Shown here piece after piece: positions 19,478-29,126 of a stretch of DNA of 64,000 nt (position 1 is the first letter of the stretch; each line of letters opens with the position of its first letter). Location of the stretch: contig JBILLK010000026.1 of the NCBI GenBank assembly GCA_044376115.1, positions 1 to 64,000 of the forward strand, given 5' to 3'. The position numbers and the translations under genes are program-made. This DNA comes from Polyangiaceae bacterium. Lineage in GTDB: Bacteria; Myxococcota_A; Polyangia; Polyangiales; Polyangiaceae. The notes beneath the pieces were generated by a model, which was not told the origin of the DNA, did no database searches, and was given only the letters and a program-made list of their open reading frames with translations.

Positions 19478-20605
19478 TCACAGGAACGTCGGCAGCCGAG
19501 CTGCGTCTTTCAGCGGAAACGGCGGCCCCTCTGCAAGCTCGCGTTTGAGCTGTTCTGTGTACGAGTCCTTCTTGAGGCGCTTGTCGAGCCGTGACGCAGA
19601 TAGTGCAGCGGCTTCCGTGGGTGCCACCCGCCCTCGCGTTCGATGAGCTTGCACGATCCGAAGCTGTGCCAAGAAGCGCTCCTCGATATCTTCGTGCTTC
19701 TCGGCGAGCGGCGTGAGCTCTGTGCAGGCTTTGTCGATCGTCTTCGGGCTACCCATCGCGAGCGCGAGTTCGAGCGAGGCGATCTCCGGCAGAAGACATA
19801 CGCCACCCGGCCCCAATTCGCGTGCTTGCTTGATCCTCCGTGCCGCCTTCGCAAAACGGCCTGCGTAGAGCAGCGAGCGCCCGAACACCGTCGAACAAAG
19901 CTGCAGGCCGCTGTCGCATTGCGGTGGTGGGCTGCCTTTGAACACGGCGTTGAGGAGCGATCGGTCCTCTCCTGGGTAGTTGGTGTTCCCGCTGAACACC
20001 GGGCGAAACATGACGTCGAGTTCATCCGGGTCGACCGTGGGCCCGCGAAGCCACGCGATCACACCGAGCGTGCAGTTGGGACAGCCGAGCCCGTTCATGA
20101 AGCGATTGGTGTAGTTCACGTGCGGGAGCAGTCGCTTCGACCAGAACTCAGCTTCGCGTGTGTCGCCCACCATCGCGTGGCGACGGATACGCACTTCCCA
20201 CAACAGAAACGGGCGCAGCTCGAGCGACTGCGCGAAGGTCTCGAGCCGCTGGATCAGGTCGTCGATGGCTGCGAAGTCGACCTCCGGCACGTCCAGCGCC
20301 GAGGAGACCCCAGCGGCGAGCCCCATCAACAGGTCGCGCCCAAACGAGCGAGTGACGTTGGAGAGGTCGACGCGGTCGAGCAGCCCCAGCGTCTCGGCGA
20401 GCAAGACGACCGCTTCTTCGTGGGCCCCGGCGTGACGCGTCTCCACGATTTGCCAGGTCTGCGCGATCAGCGCCACACGCGGCTCGGAGGTCGTCGCGGC
20501 GAGAGCAGCGAGGGCCTCCCGTTCGGCTTGGCTGCTCAAATCTCCGGCGCGTATCTCGCGCATACGGAGGTAGTCGGGGTGTTCAGTGATGGGAGTTGCT
20601 GCCAT
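19478..20605 (-). CDS. Hypothetical helical protein with a CxxC motif, partner of the HSP90-like ATPase
   Basis: Overlaps the 3' end of the upstream ATPase gene; GLGCPNC; predicted mostly alpha-helical. Confidence 0.7.
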   Translation of the reverse strand: MAATPITEHPDYLRMREIRAGDLSSQAEREALAALAATTSEPRVALIAQTWQIVETRHAGAHEEAVVLLAETLGLLDRVDLSNVTRSFGRDLLMGLAAGVSSALDVPEVDFAAIDDLIQRLETFAQSLELRPFLLWEVRIRRHAMVGDTREAEFWSKRLLPHVNYTNRFMNGLGCPNCTLGVIAWLRGPTVDPDELDVMFRPVFSGNTNYPGEDRSLLNAVFKGSPPPQCDSGLQLCSTVFGRSLLYAGRFAKAARRIKQARELGPGGVCLLPEIASLELALAMGSPKTIDKACTELTPLAEKHEDIEERFLAQLRIVQAHRTRGRVAPTEAAALSASRLDKRLKKDSYTEQLKRELAEGPPFPLKDAARLPTFL

Positions 20606-22442
20606 GCGGGGTCCTCGTCGTCGTCGTTGTCCCTCGAAGCACAAACAGAAGGTCGCTCGCGAAAGAGCGGTTGTCGACCGACGTCGGAACGCGGCGCAAC
20701 CGTTGTGCGGCCTGGGTGTAGAGCATGCGTACGACACGACCACCGAGCTCGGGATGAACGAGCTCAGGCAGCGATGCGACGAGCGGGTTGTGAACGTTGA
20801 GGACGAGAGGCGTCAGCGGCACGCGTTGTCGCACCGACAGCCCGCTCACGAGCGAGCGCGAAAGCGCGCTCCCGGAGGCGGCAACCTCGTCCGCGCGGGC
20901 CGCAAGGTTCGTGTCGTCGGCGAGCAGCAGCGCCGGGACGTCGGTCGGCTCGAAGCTTCGAAGCTGCGGCTCCACGCGCAGCGGCGCCAGCAGCTTGGCC
21001 GCCTCTGCCAACAGCGCCGCAAAGCGCTGTTGCTGCTCACGCGCATCGGTGAACCACGCGTCGATCTCACGGATCGCGAGTTCGCGGAGAGGCGGCCGTG
21101 CCGTCACGCGCGACCAAGCGGCAAGGAACTCCTTCTCGTGGGTGTGGGTCGCGTTCAAGAGCGTCAGGTCGCGGCCTGCGCTCACCGCCGCCGCCACCGA
21201 GTAGTCGGACGGCGACGTCGTGAACAAGACCTCTGGGTTCGCCGCTTCGCGATCGAGCGACGTGATGCCTCGATTGGAGTCGAGCGGGATCTGACCGCCA
21301 AACGCTGCCAAGAGCGCCGGGTCATCGATGCAAGCAGCGAGCACATGCGTACGGTGCGCCTCAAGCAGACGCACCATGCCCTCTTCGTCGCGGTCCGGCA
21401 ACGCGGCGAGGAAGCCGATGAGTTCGGATGAAAGGTGCGTCTTGAGCGCGTCCCAGGCAGCGTCGCGCACGAACCCCTCGCGGCTCGCTGTGGGCGCAAG
21501 GCCGCTTGCGTTGAGCACCCCGCCGACAAACCCTGCCCAGCGCGGAAGCAGCCCCGAGCCTGCAGGTTCGACCAGGATGCCGTGGTGGTAAAGCGAGAGC
21601 GTGGGCTGCGCGAGCGCTGTGGCATCGCTGCGGATCCACAGCACACCTTCGCCCGCGTCTGCTCGGATGGGGATCACCGCGAGCGGTGGCGCGCCGATCT
21701 TCTCCACGATGGCCTGCTGTTGCGCGGCGCCCTCGAGCGCCCAAATCCCCGGCCGAGTCACGACTCGGGCGACCTCACCAACCTTGAGCGCGACCGGAAC
21801 CGCGACGTGGGGCACATAGGTCTCGAGGAGGTCGCGCATGTGCGCGGGCTCGGCGTAGTGCCGCGCATCTTTGCGCAGCTTCACGATCACATGCGTACCG
21901 TGGGCCTCTTCGGCTCCTTCTTGCTGACCGCTTCGCAGCAGCTCCGCGTCCCCCTCGCTCACCTCATAGGTGCCGGAGGCCTTCGCGCGCCAGACCAGCG
22001 CAGGGCCCTTGGCGGTCTTGGTGTGCACGACTAGCTCGTCGGCGACGAGGAAGCCCGAAAGCAGACCAATCCCGAACTGCCCCACCACGTTCTTGCGATC
22101 CGCTTTGCGCTTGGAGGACGCGCCCACGCGGCTCAGGTGATCCCGCAGCCCATCCGCATCGAGACCAATCCCGTTGTCGGTGAACGTGACCACCCCGGCC
22201 TCAGGGTCCACCGCCACGACGATCGAAGGCACGTAGCTCGGGCGCGCCGACGTGGACTGTGAGCCCGCCTTTCGGAGCCCGCTCGACGAAGCTTCGATCT
22301 CGATACGGACCGCATCGAGCGCGTTCTGCACCAGCTCCCGCGCGAACACCGCCGGCGTCGAATAAAGGTGACCACCGAAGACGCGCAACAGCGCGGCCAG
22401 ATCGACGTCGAAGGCTTGTTTGCTGGGCACGGTGCCTGGCAC
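20583..22442 (-). CDS. HSP90/HtpG-like GHKL ATPase
   Basis: HLYS...FARELVQNALDA, DNGIG, GQFGIGLLSGF, HGT, PTASRE, LVLNVHNPLV. Confidence 0.85.
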   Translation of the reverse strand: MPGTVPSKQAFDVDLAALLRVFGGHLYSTPAVFARELVQNALDAVRIEIEASSSGLRKAGSQSTSARPSYVPSIVVAVDPEAGVVTFTDNGIGLDADGLRDHLSRVGASSKRKADRKNVVGQFGIGLLSGFLVADELVVHTKTAKGPALVWRAKASGTYEVSEGDAELLRSGQQEGAEEAHGTHVIVKLRKDARHYAEPAHMRDLLETYVPHVAVPVALKVGEVARVVTRPGIWALEGAAQQQAIVEKIGAPPLAVIPIRADAGEGVLWIRSDATALAQPTLSLYHHGILVEPAGSGLLPRWAGFVGGVLNASGLAPTASREGFVRDAAWDALKTHLSSELIGFLAALPDRDEEGMVRLLEAHRTHVLAACIDDPALLAAFGGQIPLDSNRGITSLDREAANPEVLFTTSPSDYSVAAAVSAGRDLTLLNATHTHEKEFLAAWSRVTARPPLRELAIREIDAWFTDAREQQQRFAALLAEAAKLLAPLRVEPQLRSFEPTDVPALLLADDTNLAARADEVAASGSALSRSLVSGLSVRQRVPLTPLVLNVHNPLVASLPELVHPELGGRVVRMLYTQAAQRLRRVPTSVDNRSFASDLLFVLRGTTTTTRTPHGSNSHH

Positions 22443-22514
22443 TATACGCGCAGAAGCAGGGCGTATCGAGCCGCTGGAGGCGCGACGGCTACGGATACGG
22501 CGCGGTTCGCGACA

Positions 22515-22766
22515 TCATCGAACGCCCGGCCCGACAAGCTCGGGAGGACACGCGAGCGAGTTCATCCCCTCGACGCCTGAGCGGCGGCCCGCGCGGCTCT
22601 GGAGCCGCACGGCGGGGGTCAACATGCCGCAGGCGTCGAACGGGTCCGGCTGACTCGCCTCGGGCGCCACGATCAGGGAAGGTTGTGCAACCTCGGGCTC
22701 CTCGACGTACCCAGGCGCAGGCCCGCAGGCGATAAGGAGGAGCGTCGCGGCTGCCGAACGGTACAT
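22515..22766 (-). CDS. Short hypothetical lipoprotein or gene fragment
   Basis: Lipobox-like LLIAC; 83 aa. Confidence 0.35.
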   Translation of the reverse strand: MYRSAAATLLLIACGPAPGYVEEPEVAQPSLIVAPEASQPDPFDACGMLTPAVRLQSRAGRRSGVEGMNSLACPPELVGPGVR

Positions 22767-23035
22767 AGGGTGATCGTGGGCCCATACCCCGCGTCTGTCC
22801 AGCGACTCTACCCCAGCACGAAGCCGAGCTCGCGTGCAGAGGCCCGAACCGGAATGGGTAGAGTTGCAGGGTTTTGTGGCACTCAGCCAGTTGCCGAACT
22901 CCCGAAGCCGTGAACGCAGCCTCGCCTCACTGGGCGAGATTCCGCAGCCATCCGACCTACTTGGTGCTGCGGCACACGATGTTCCGCAAGGGCTTCACCT
23001 CGGTCAACATCCTGGTAGACCGGGCACAAACCTGT

Positions 23036-23052
23036 TTGGCACCACGCATGCT
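23036..23052 (+). promoter_or_regulatory. Putative sigma54 (-24/-12) promoter
   Basis: TTGGCACCACGCATGCT, GG-N10-GC, 55 bp upstream of ATG 23108. Confidence 0.55.
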
Positions 23053-23107
23053 CCTTGCGTGAGGAGGGTGTTAGCACCCCAAACGCCACGGCGAGAGGAT
23101 CACGACG

Positions 23108-23473
23108 ATGCACCGATACCGAATACGGTCCGCGACTTTGCGCACTGCTGTCGCGTTGGGAGCCAGCGTCTTGTGCGTGCCGCCGCTAGCGGCGACGTCA
23201 TCGGAGACGGCGTCACCGGAGGCGATCACCACAGCGGCCCTGCCCGCCTGCATCGCGTATGAGGCAAGCGCGCGAGGTCGAAACCTCGGCTACGACCATA
23301 TCGTGCGCATTCGCAGCACGTGCATCGCGAGCGCGGCCTGTCTCGTGGCGACGAACGTCGATCCCAAACCCAAAGCGGTGACGGTCTTCCCGAGAAGCGA
23401 AGTCGAGGTCGTCACCCGTATCGGCTCGCCGGCGCGCGAGTTCGTGGCCATGGTGAGCTGCACGCTGCCGTGA
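23108..23473 (+). CDS. Small secreted Cys-containing beta protein, hypothetical
   Basis: Signal-like N-terminus; GYDHIVRIRSTC...C.VATNVDP; GSPAREF; GAGGA RBS. Confidence 0.7.
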   Translation: MHRYRIRSATLRTAVALGASVLCVPPLAATSSETASPEAITTAALPACIAYEASARGRNLGYDHIVRIRSTCIASAACLVATNVDPKPKAVTVFPRSEVEVVTRIGSPAREFVAMVSCTLP

Positions 23474-23535
23474 GACGCCAACGCAAGCCGCTGGTGGCTC
23501 AGCCGGCGGGCCAGCCCAGAGCCCCGTGAGAGGAC

Positions 23536-24018
23536 TCAGCGTCGCGCGCGGCCCGTGCAAACCGAAACAGAAACAGGTCCCTCGAACTCCTTCGTCAGCG
23601 ACGCTGGAATCGTGGGAACAGGGACACCCTTGAGCTTCGGCTGGGGTGTGCCCTTCCCTCCTGCGCCGTCGAATATCTCGAATGAGACGATCTTTCCGTT
23701 CTTCACGGTGATGGTCCCATCGCCGGTCCAGCCGTTGCACACGCTGAGCTTTGCGTTGTAGGCCATCGCAAGGTCGATCCAGAACTGCTCTTCCTCTGGC
23801 GCCTGTCGCGAGCCGGCAGCGATGGGCGCGCTCGAAATGGAGGTCGCGGCCGCAGCCGCGCTGGTCGTGGAGCTGGGGGTGCTGGTAAGCGCGGTGCTGG
23901 TTGGCGCGGGGTTGGTGGCGGTTGCGCTGGTCAGCGTGGTGCTAGTGGTCGGAACCGGCTGGGGCTGAGAGCAAGCGAGCGAGAAGAAGACTGCTGCGGT
24001 CAGGTGGGTCGCGTTCAT
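23536..24018 (-). CDS. Hypothetical lipoprotein with Thr/Ser/Ala-rich linker
   Basis: Lipobox SLAC. Confidence 0.65.
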   Translation of the reverse strand: MNATHLTAAVFFSLACSQPQPVPTTSTTLTSATATNPAPTSTALTSTPSSTTSAAAAATSISSAPIAAGSRQAPEEEQFWIDLAMAYNAKLSVCNGWTGDGTITVKNGKIVSFEIFDGAGGKGTPQPKLKGVPVPTIPASLTKEFEGPVSVSVCTGRARR

Positions 24019-24148
24019 CTAGCGGGGCTTACTCGATTGGACGCGAAGGGTCGACGGAAGACGGCGACGCCTGGCGCGGCTTCAATTCGGAATCGACCGG
24101 TCAACTTCTGTCAGAACCTTTCTCGCGCTGACCCGTCGAGAGGCGTAC

Positions 24149-25474
24149 ATGAAGATCAAACCCTCTCGGATTGCTCTCGCGGTTTTGTTTATGTTCGCTT
24201 GTGACTCGCCGACGGAAGATGAAACGTCGAGCGAGCGTTTGGCGACGGTGGAGTCAACGGCTGACGTTGCGCCGAAGGTGCAGACGGACGCGCCGAAGGT
24301 TCGGGATCGGGCTGCGAAGCCGAAGCCGACGATCTCGCCGGGGACGGCGGAGGAGCTGCGCGCGGCGGCGAACGCGAGCAACGCCTTCGGGTTCGATCTT
24401 TACGCCCAGGTCCGCAATGAGCCGGGCAACTTGGTGATCTCACCGGCCAGCATCTCAGCCGCGCTAACGATGACGTACGGCGGCGCTCGAGGAAACACCG
24501 CCACTCAAATGCAGAAGGCGCTCCACCTCGAGGGCGAGCCGAACGCGGCGATGGACGCAGGCGGCAGACTCTTGCTCGATCTCTCGGCGAACGGGCCGGT
24601 CCGATTGGCCGTCGCCAACCGGCTCTTCGGCGAGCAGACCTGGAAGTTCGAGGACACGTTCATGGGCCGTACGCGCGCTGTGTATGGCGCGCCGCTCGAG
24701 CGGGTCGACTACATCAACCAATACGAGGACGCGCGAATCAACATCAACCAATGGGTCGCTGGCGAGACCGAAGACTTGATCAAGGACCTCGTTCCGCCGG
24801 GCGGTATCGATGAGACGACCCGCCTCTCGCTGGTCAACGCCATCTACTTCTTGGGCGATTGGGCCATGCCCTTCGACAAGGACGCAACCCAGCCGCGCAG
24901 CTTCCAGCTCAGCGCGAAAGACAAGAAGGACGTACCGACGATGACCGGCTCGATGCACCTCAAGACCGCTGCCCTCGACGACGCGATCGCCGTCGAGCTG
25001 CCCTACAAAGGCGACCGGTTTGCGATGACGCTGGTGATGCCGAAGGACGTCGACGGGCTCGCTGAGCTCGAGTCCAAGCTCGGGGCGAAGTGGTTCGACA
25101 CGGTGGTCGGCTCGCTCAAACCGGACCATGTCGACCTGCATTTGCCCAAGTTCAAGGTCGAGCCGCCCAAGGTGCTCGAGCTGTCCAAGAAGCTGATGGC
25201 GCTCGGGATGGTGGACGCCTTCGACGGCCTCAAGGCGGACTTTACCGGCATCTCCTCGCCGAGCCTCGCGGTCAGCAAGGTGTTTCACAAGGGCTTTATC
25301 CGCGTCGACGAGAAGGGCACCGAGGCGGCCGCTGCCACGGCGGTGGTGATGAGCAATGAGAGCGCATCCATGCCGGGTCGCCTGCTGGCTTTCGATCATC
25401 CGTTCCTGTTCGTGTTGCGGGACAAGCAGACGGGGGTCGCGCTCTTCGTTGGACGAGTAACCGATCCGGGCTGA
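24149..25474 (+). CDS. Serpin (serine protease inhibitor family), lipoprotein
   Basis: NLVISPASI, LVNAIYFLGDW, VDEKGTEAAAATAVV hinge, DHPFLF, LFVGRVTDP; lipobox MFAC. Confidence 0.93.
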   Translation: MKIKPSRIALAVLFMFACDSPTEDETSSERLATVESTADVAPKVQTDAPKVRDRAAKPKPTISPGTAEELRAAANASNAFGFDLYAQVRNEPGNLVISPASISAALTMTYGGARGNTATQMQKALHLEGEPNAAMDAGGRLLLDLSANGPVRLAVANRLFGEQTWKFEDTFMGRTRAVYGAPLERVDYINQYEDARININQWVAGETEDLIKDLVPPGGIDETTRLSLVNAIYFLGDWAMPFDKDATQPRSFQLSAKDKKDVPTMTGSMHLKTAALDDAIAVELPYKGDRFAMTLVMPKDVDGLAELESKLGAKWFDTVVGSLKPDHVDLHLPKFKVEPPKVLELSKKLMALGMVDAFDGLKADFTGISSPSLAVSKVFHKGFIRVDEKGTEAAAATAVVMSNESASMPGRLLAFDHPFLFVLRDKQTGVALFVGRVTDPG

Positions 25475-25519
25475 GCTTCGCGCGGCAAGCGTGCCGCAGA
25501 TCGTGTATCAGCAGAGGCG

Positions 25520-26965
25520 ATGCGACGTTTCTTCCTCGCGCTCGCGCTCTTTGCCTGCGGAGGCAGTGAACCGCTGGTCGCGCCTGCGCCAGCGACCTCA
25601 GCGCCGCCACCAAAGCGCTTCTACGCCTTCGCGTGCAAGGCGGAGGTCCAGGAGTTGGCGTGGCATCGATGGGCGCGCGGGGATCGCATGCTGCTCACCG
25701 CTACGAGCGACAAGTCCACCGCACCACCGCAAGAGACCGTAGCCGAGGTGCATGCGTGGAACCTGCAGCGCGCGGAACGCCAGTTCGTCTTCCAAACGCA
25801 CGCGCCAACGTTCGATTGGTCGCAGCACGGGCTCTTGGTCGGCCTCTCGCCGGACGGGAGGTTCGCGCTCTCGGCGGGCATTCACCATCAGCTCCAAGCG
25901 TCGATCGTGCGCTGGGATCTCGTGGAAGGCAGCAGCACCGTGCTCGGACCGAGCGTCGTCTATCCGCAGTCGATCGCCTTCGCACCGGATGGGCGGCGCG
26001 CGGCGATCGCCGGCGGCACCGATGAGGTGGTGTTGGTCGACCTCCCGCAGGGGACGCTGGTTCGCTCCGAGCGCGCGGCGGAGAACCGCATCCCTGGCAA
26101 CAACCAGCGCACTGCCTTCCTCTTTTCGCAAGACGGGCTCAGCCTGCTGCAGAACCTGGTCGGCGGGGAGATGCTGCGGCGCGACGCGCGTACGCTCGAG
26201 ATCCGCGAGCGCTTCGCGGGCCTGCCCGTCGCTTCAGCAGACGGCTCGCGGCTTCTGACAATCACCGACGGACGCCCGAGCTTGCGTGACGGCAACACGA
26301 GTCAGATCCTACGCACCTTCGAACTCGGCGAAGAAGCGGTCGGCGATACCAACACTGCGGCGGTCGGGATCTCACCGTCTGGCAGCCTCGTCGTCGTTCA
26401 AGTCAGCCGCCACATGTTCGTCTTCGACACCGCGACAGGCAAGCGTGTGGCGCGCTTCGAGGGCTACGGGTCGCTAGCGGAATGGAGCGAAGACGGAGCG
26501 GCCGTAATCCTGGGCGGGAAGGTCTGGGACACGCGGCGTTGGACTTCCGTCCTTTTGTACGACGAGGTGCGCTGGCGCGGCCACTTCGTTGACTACTTGG
26601 ACGATACGCAGCTCATCGAGCTCGACGCGCTGACCCTGCGGCCTACAGGAGTTAAGTACGATCTGCGTGGGCACCCGCCGTACCTCAAGACCGGCGAGCA
26701 CTATGCGTTCACCGAGGACCGCGCCTTTGTCGCCTACGCCGATAACGACGAGCCGACGATCCGCGTGCTGCGGATGGCGGATCGGGCTGTGCTCGACATC
26801 GGCATCGCGCAGATCCACGGCGTCTCGCACGGCTTCGTGTCGACGCCGCAAGGCGGCTTCGACGGGCCCGAAGCGGCGGCGGGCTGCGCGCCGAAGCGGG
26901 CCCTCGGCCGACGCATGGTGCCCGGGCTGATGCAGCGCTTCTTCGCCGGTAAGCCGATCGATTGA
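25520..26965 (+). CDS. WD40/beta-propeller lipoprotein
   Basis: Lipobox LFAC; repeated LSPDGR, FAPDGR, FSQDG, ISPSG, WSEDG blades. Confidence 0.75.
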   Translation: MRRFFLALALFACGGSEPLVAPAPATSAPPPKRFYAFACKAEVQELAWHRWARGDRMLLTATSDKSTAPPQETVAEVHAWNLQRAERQFVFQTHAPTFDWSQHGLLVGLSPDGRFALSAGIHHQLQASIVRWDLVEGSSTVLGPSVVYPQSIAFAPDGRRAAIAGGTDEVVLVDLPQGTLVRSERAAENRIPGNNQRTAFLFSQDGLSLLQNLVGGEMLRRDARTLEIRERFAGLPVASADGSRLLTITDGRPSLRDGNTSQILRTFELGEEAVGDTNTAAVGISPSGSLVVVQVSRHMFVFDTATGKRVARFEGYGSLAEWSEDGAAVILGGKVWDTRRWTSVLLYDEVRWRGHFVDYLDDTQLIELDALTLRPTGVKYDLRGHPPYLKTGEHYAFTEDRAFVAYADNDEPTIRVLRMADRAVLDIGIAQIHGVSHGFVSTPQGGFDGPEAAAGCAPKRALGRRMVPGLMQRFFAGKPID

Positions 26966-26970
26966 GCGGA

Positions 26971-27921
26971 TTACTCGAAGCACCCTTCTAGGAACGTACG
27001 AATCGCCGGCGTCATGATCTGATCGTCGGGCTCGCCGATCACCTCGCTTACTTCATCGTGTTCGAGCGCCGCCGCCTCGATGACGTCGGCGGGGACGCTA
27101 ACGTCGGCGAGCGCTGCGCGGAACGCTTCGACGCTGGCGCGGCGAGGTGCGGCGCCGCGAGCCACGAGCAGGAAGTCTGGCACGCCTAGAGCGACGTGGG
27201 TCAGCGGTGAGGCCTCGGTCCAAACGGCGGGATCAGTACCGAAGGCGTTGATCAGGACCGCGTTCTGTTGCGCCGATCCAGTCTCGATCGCCGACGGAAC
27301 GTCGTAGCCCTCGGTATCGAACGAGCCGACGCAGCGAAGGTCGGTGGGCGCGAGATCGTACGGCGCGAGGTACGCGGGAGCCGTGCCCAGCAGGGCGACG
27401 AGATGTGCGCCCGCCGAGTGACCGAGCAGCGCAATTCGCTCGGGATCACCGCCGTACGAGGCTGCGTTCGCGTGCACCCAGGCGACCGCGCGCGCGACGT
27501 CTTCCGGATGCGTTGGAAAGCGAATTCGATCCGGGTCGGGCGACGCCTTCGGCTCGGGGGAGAGCCGGTAGTTGAGGCTCACGAGGAGGTAGCCCTCGCC
27601 GTTGAAGAGTTCGACCTTGCGCGCCATCTTGTTCTCTTTGTCGCCGGAGTGCCACCCACCGCCGTGCACCCAGATAACGACTGGAGCCGCAGTCGTGGAC
27701 GAAGGCAGCGGGTAGATATCGAGTGTACGCAGCGGGTCCTCCGGTGCGCTGGGATCGTAGCTAACGTCGCTCGTCTCGAGCTCGACGGGCGCGCCGCCGC
27801 TCGACGAAGCTGCTCCGCTACCGCCGCTGCCTCCGTCACCGTCCGCTCCGCCGCCACAGCCGAACGAGAAGAGGTGGAGAAGCGTGAGGCCGCAGCACAA
27901 GCGATCGATGGGTCGAAGCAT
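26971..27921 (-). CDS. Alpha/beta hydrolase (HSL-like esterase), exported
   Basis: HGGGW, NYRLSP, GHSAGAH, C-terminal His. Confidence 0.88.
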   Translation of the reverse strand: MLRPIDRLCCGLTLLHLFSFGCGGGADGDGGSGGSGAASSSGGAPVELETSDVSYDPSAPEDPLRTLDIYPLPSSTTAAPVVIWVHGGGWHSGDKENKMARKVELFNGEGYLLVSLNYRLSPEPKASPDPDRIRFPTHPEDVARAVAWVHANAASYGGDPERIALLGHSAGAHLVALLGTAPAYLAPYDLAPTDLRCVGSFDTEGYDVPSAIETGSAQQNAVLINAFGTDPAVWTEASPLTHVALGVPDFLLVARGAAPRRASVEAFRAALADVSVPADVIEAAALEHDEVSEVIGEPDDQIMTPAIRTFLEGCFE

Positions 27922-28109
27922 GCAGCCACCGAAGCAAGCCGCGCACCAGCGAAGCGACGCAAAAACCCGGCGCAATCCCCTTGCCCACCAGCCCCATAAC
28001 GGCGCGCACGCGCGTCGGCGTGGCGTCGAAGCCACGCTCATGCGCGGGGTTGTGCGCACGTCCAATGCCGCTACGCTCAAGCCTCTTCCTTCTTCTCGTG
28101 AGGTGACCG

Positions 28110-29069
28110 ATGCGTCCTGCTGTGACTTATCTCGTGCGGGCCATGCTCGCTGGGGCCGTGCTTCCGTCGTCGGGCTGTGGCTGTCCGATGCCGCCGGAAG
28201 ACTTGGTGCCCTCGGACTATGTGGTGGAGGGGCTTGGTACGGGCGGAGGTTACGGTGGTACGGGCGGAGGTTACGGTGACGGCGTGGGAGGCGGCGTCGC
28301 GGCTGAGTGCAACGCAATCTGCGAGCAATCCGTCGCCTACAAGAAGTACCGAGACGCTGGCTTCTTCGAGGGCGAGATCAGCGTGTCGTGTTCCGATCCG
28401 AGCCTCGAGACCGTTACCTGCAACGTCACTGCAGATTGCTCCGCAGGTCGGCGGGCTTCGGGCCAGGCGTTGCACGCCCAGCCGTGCGAGAACGCGCGCG
28501 ACTACTGGCGAGCGATGGCGGCGCTCGAGCAGTCGGCGGTGGTGGCCTTCAACGAGCTCGCGTTGACGCTGCGCCATCACGGCGCGCCGCAGGCGCTCGT
28601 GCAGCGGGCGCTGATCGCCGCCGAGGATGAGCGCCGTCACACAGCGGTCGCGCTGCGGCTTTGCGATGAGCCAGAACTCCCCGCGCAAAATGGAGCCCCG
28701 CGCGCGCCGCTTACGCTGCTCGAGCTTGCGCACTTGAATGCCCGCGAGGGCTGTGTGCTCGAGTCCTTTGCGGCGCTGCAGGTCGCTTGGCAAGCTCGCA
28801 GCGTGGCCGATCCTCAGCTGGCCGTTGAGCTCGCCGAGATCGCCCTCGATGAAGCGAGCCACGCCGAACTCGCGTGGGACGTCGATGCTTGGCTTGCCAC
28901 CGTACTCACGCTGGAGGAGCGCGCCGAGATGGAGCTCGTACGACGCGAGGCCGCCGCAGAGCTGCCCGCCTTCGAGCGCAGCGCCGCGTGGTTACCCGAG
29001 GTTGGGCTACAAGCCCGAGCGGGCCTCAGCAGGCTGCGCGCCGAGTTCGTCGCCACCTTAGCGGCTTGA
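28110..29069 (+). CDS. Ferritin-like domain protein of the myxobacterial type
   Basis: GRR linker, LEQSAVVAF, DERRH, EGCVLES, DEASHAELAW. Confidence 0.75.
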   Translation: MRPAVTYLVRAMLAGAVLPSSGCGCPMPPEDLVPSDYVVEGLGTGGGYGGTGGGYGDGVGGGVAAECNAICEQSVAYKKYRDAGFFEGEISVSCSDPSLETVTCNVTADCSAGRRASGQALHAQPCENARDYWRAMAALEQSAVVAFNELALTLRHHGAPQALVQRALIAAEDERRHTAVALRLCDEPELPAQNGAPRAPLTLLELAHLNAREGCVLESFAALQVAWQARSVADPQLAVELAEIALDEASHAELAWDVDAWLATVLTLEERAEMELVRREAAAELPAFERSAAWLPEVGLQARAGLSRLRAEFVATLAA

Positions 29070-29126
29070 GCCCGGCCGCGACCGCCGTCCCGCGCTCGAG
29101 CTCGCTCCATGCTACAAGCGCCGTCG

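Noticed and set aside
20583..22442. Assigning the symbol htpG
   Set aside because: Only the ATPase motifs match clearly; the divergent remainder and dedicated partner gene suggest a separate HSP90-like subfamily.
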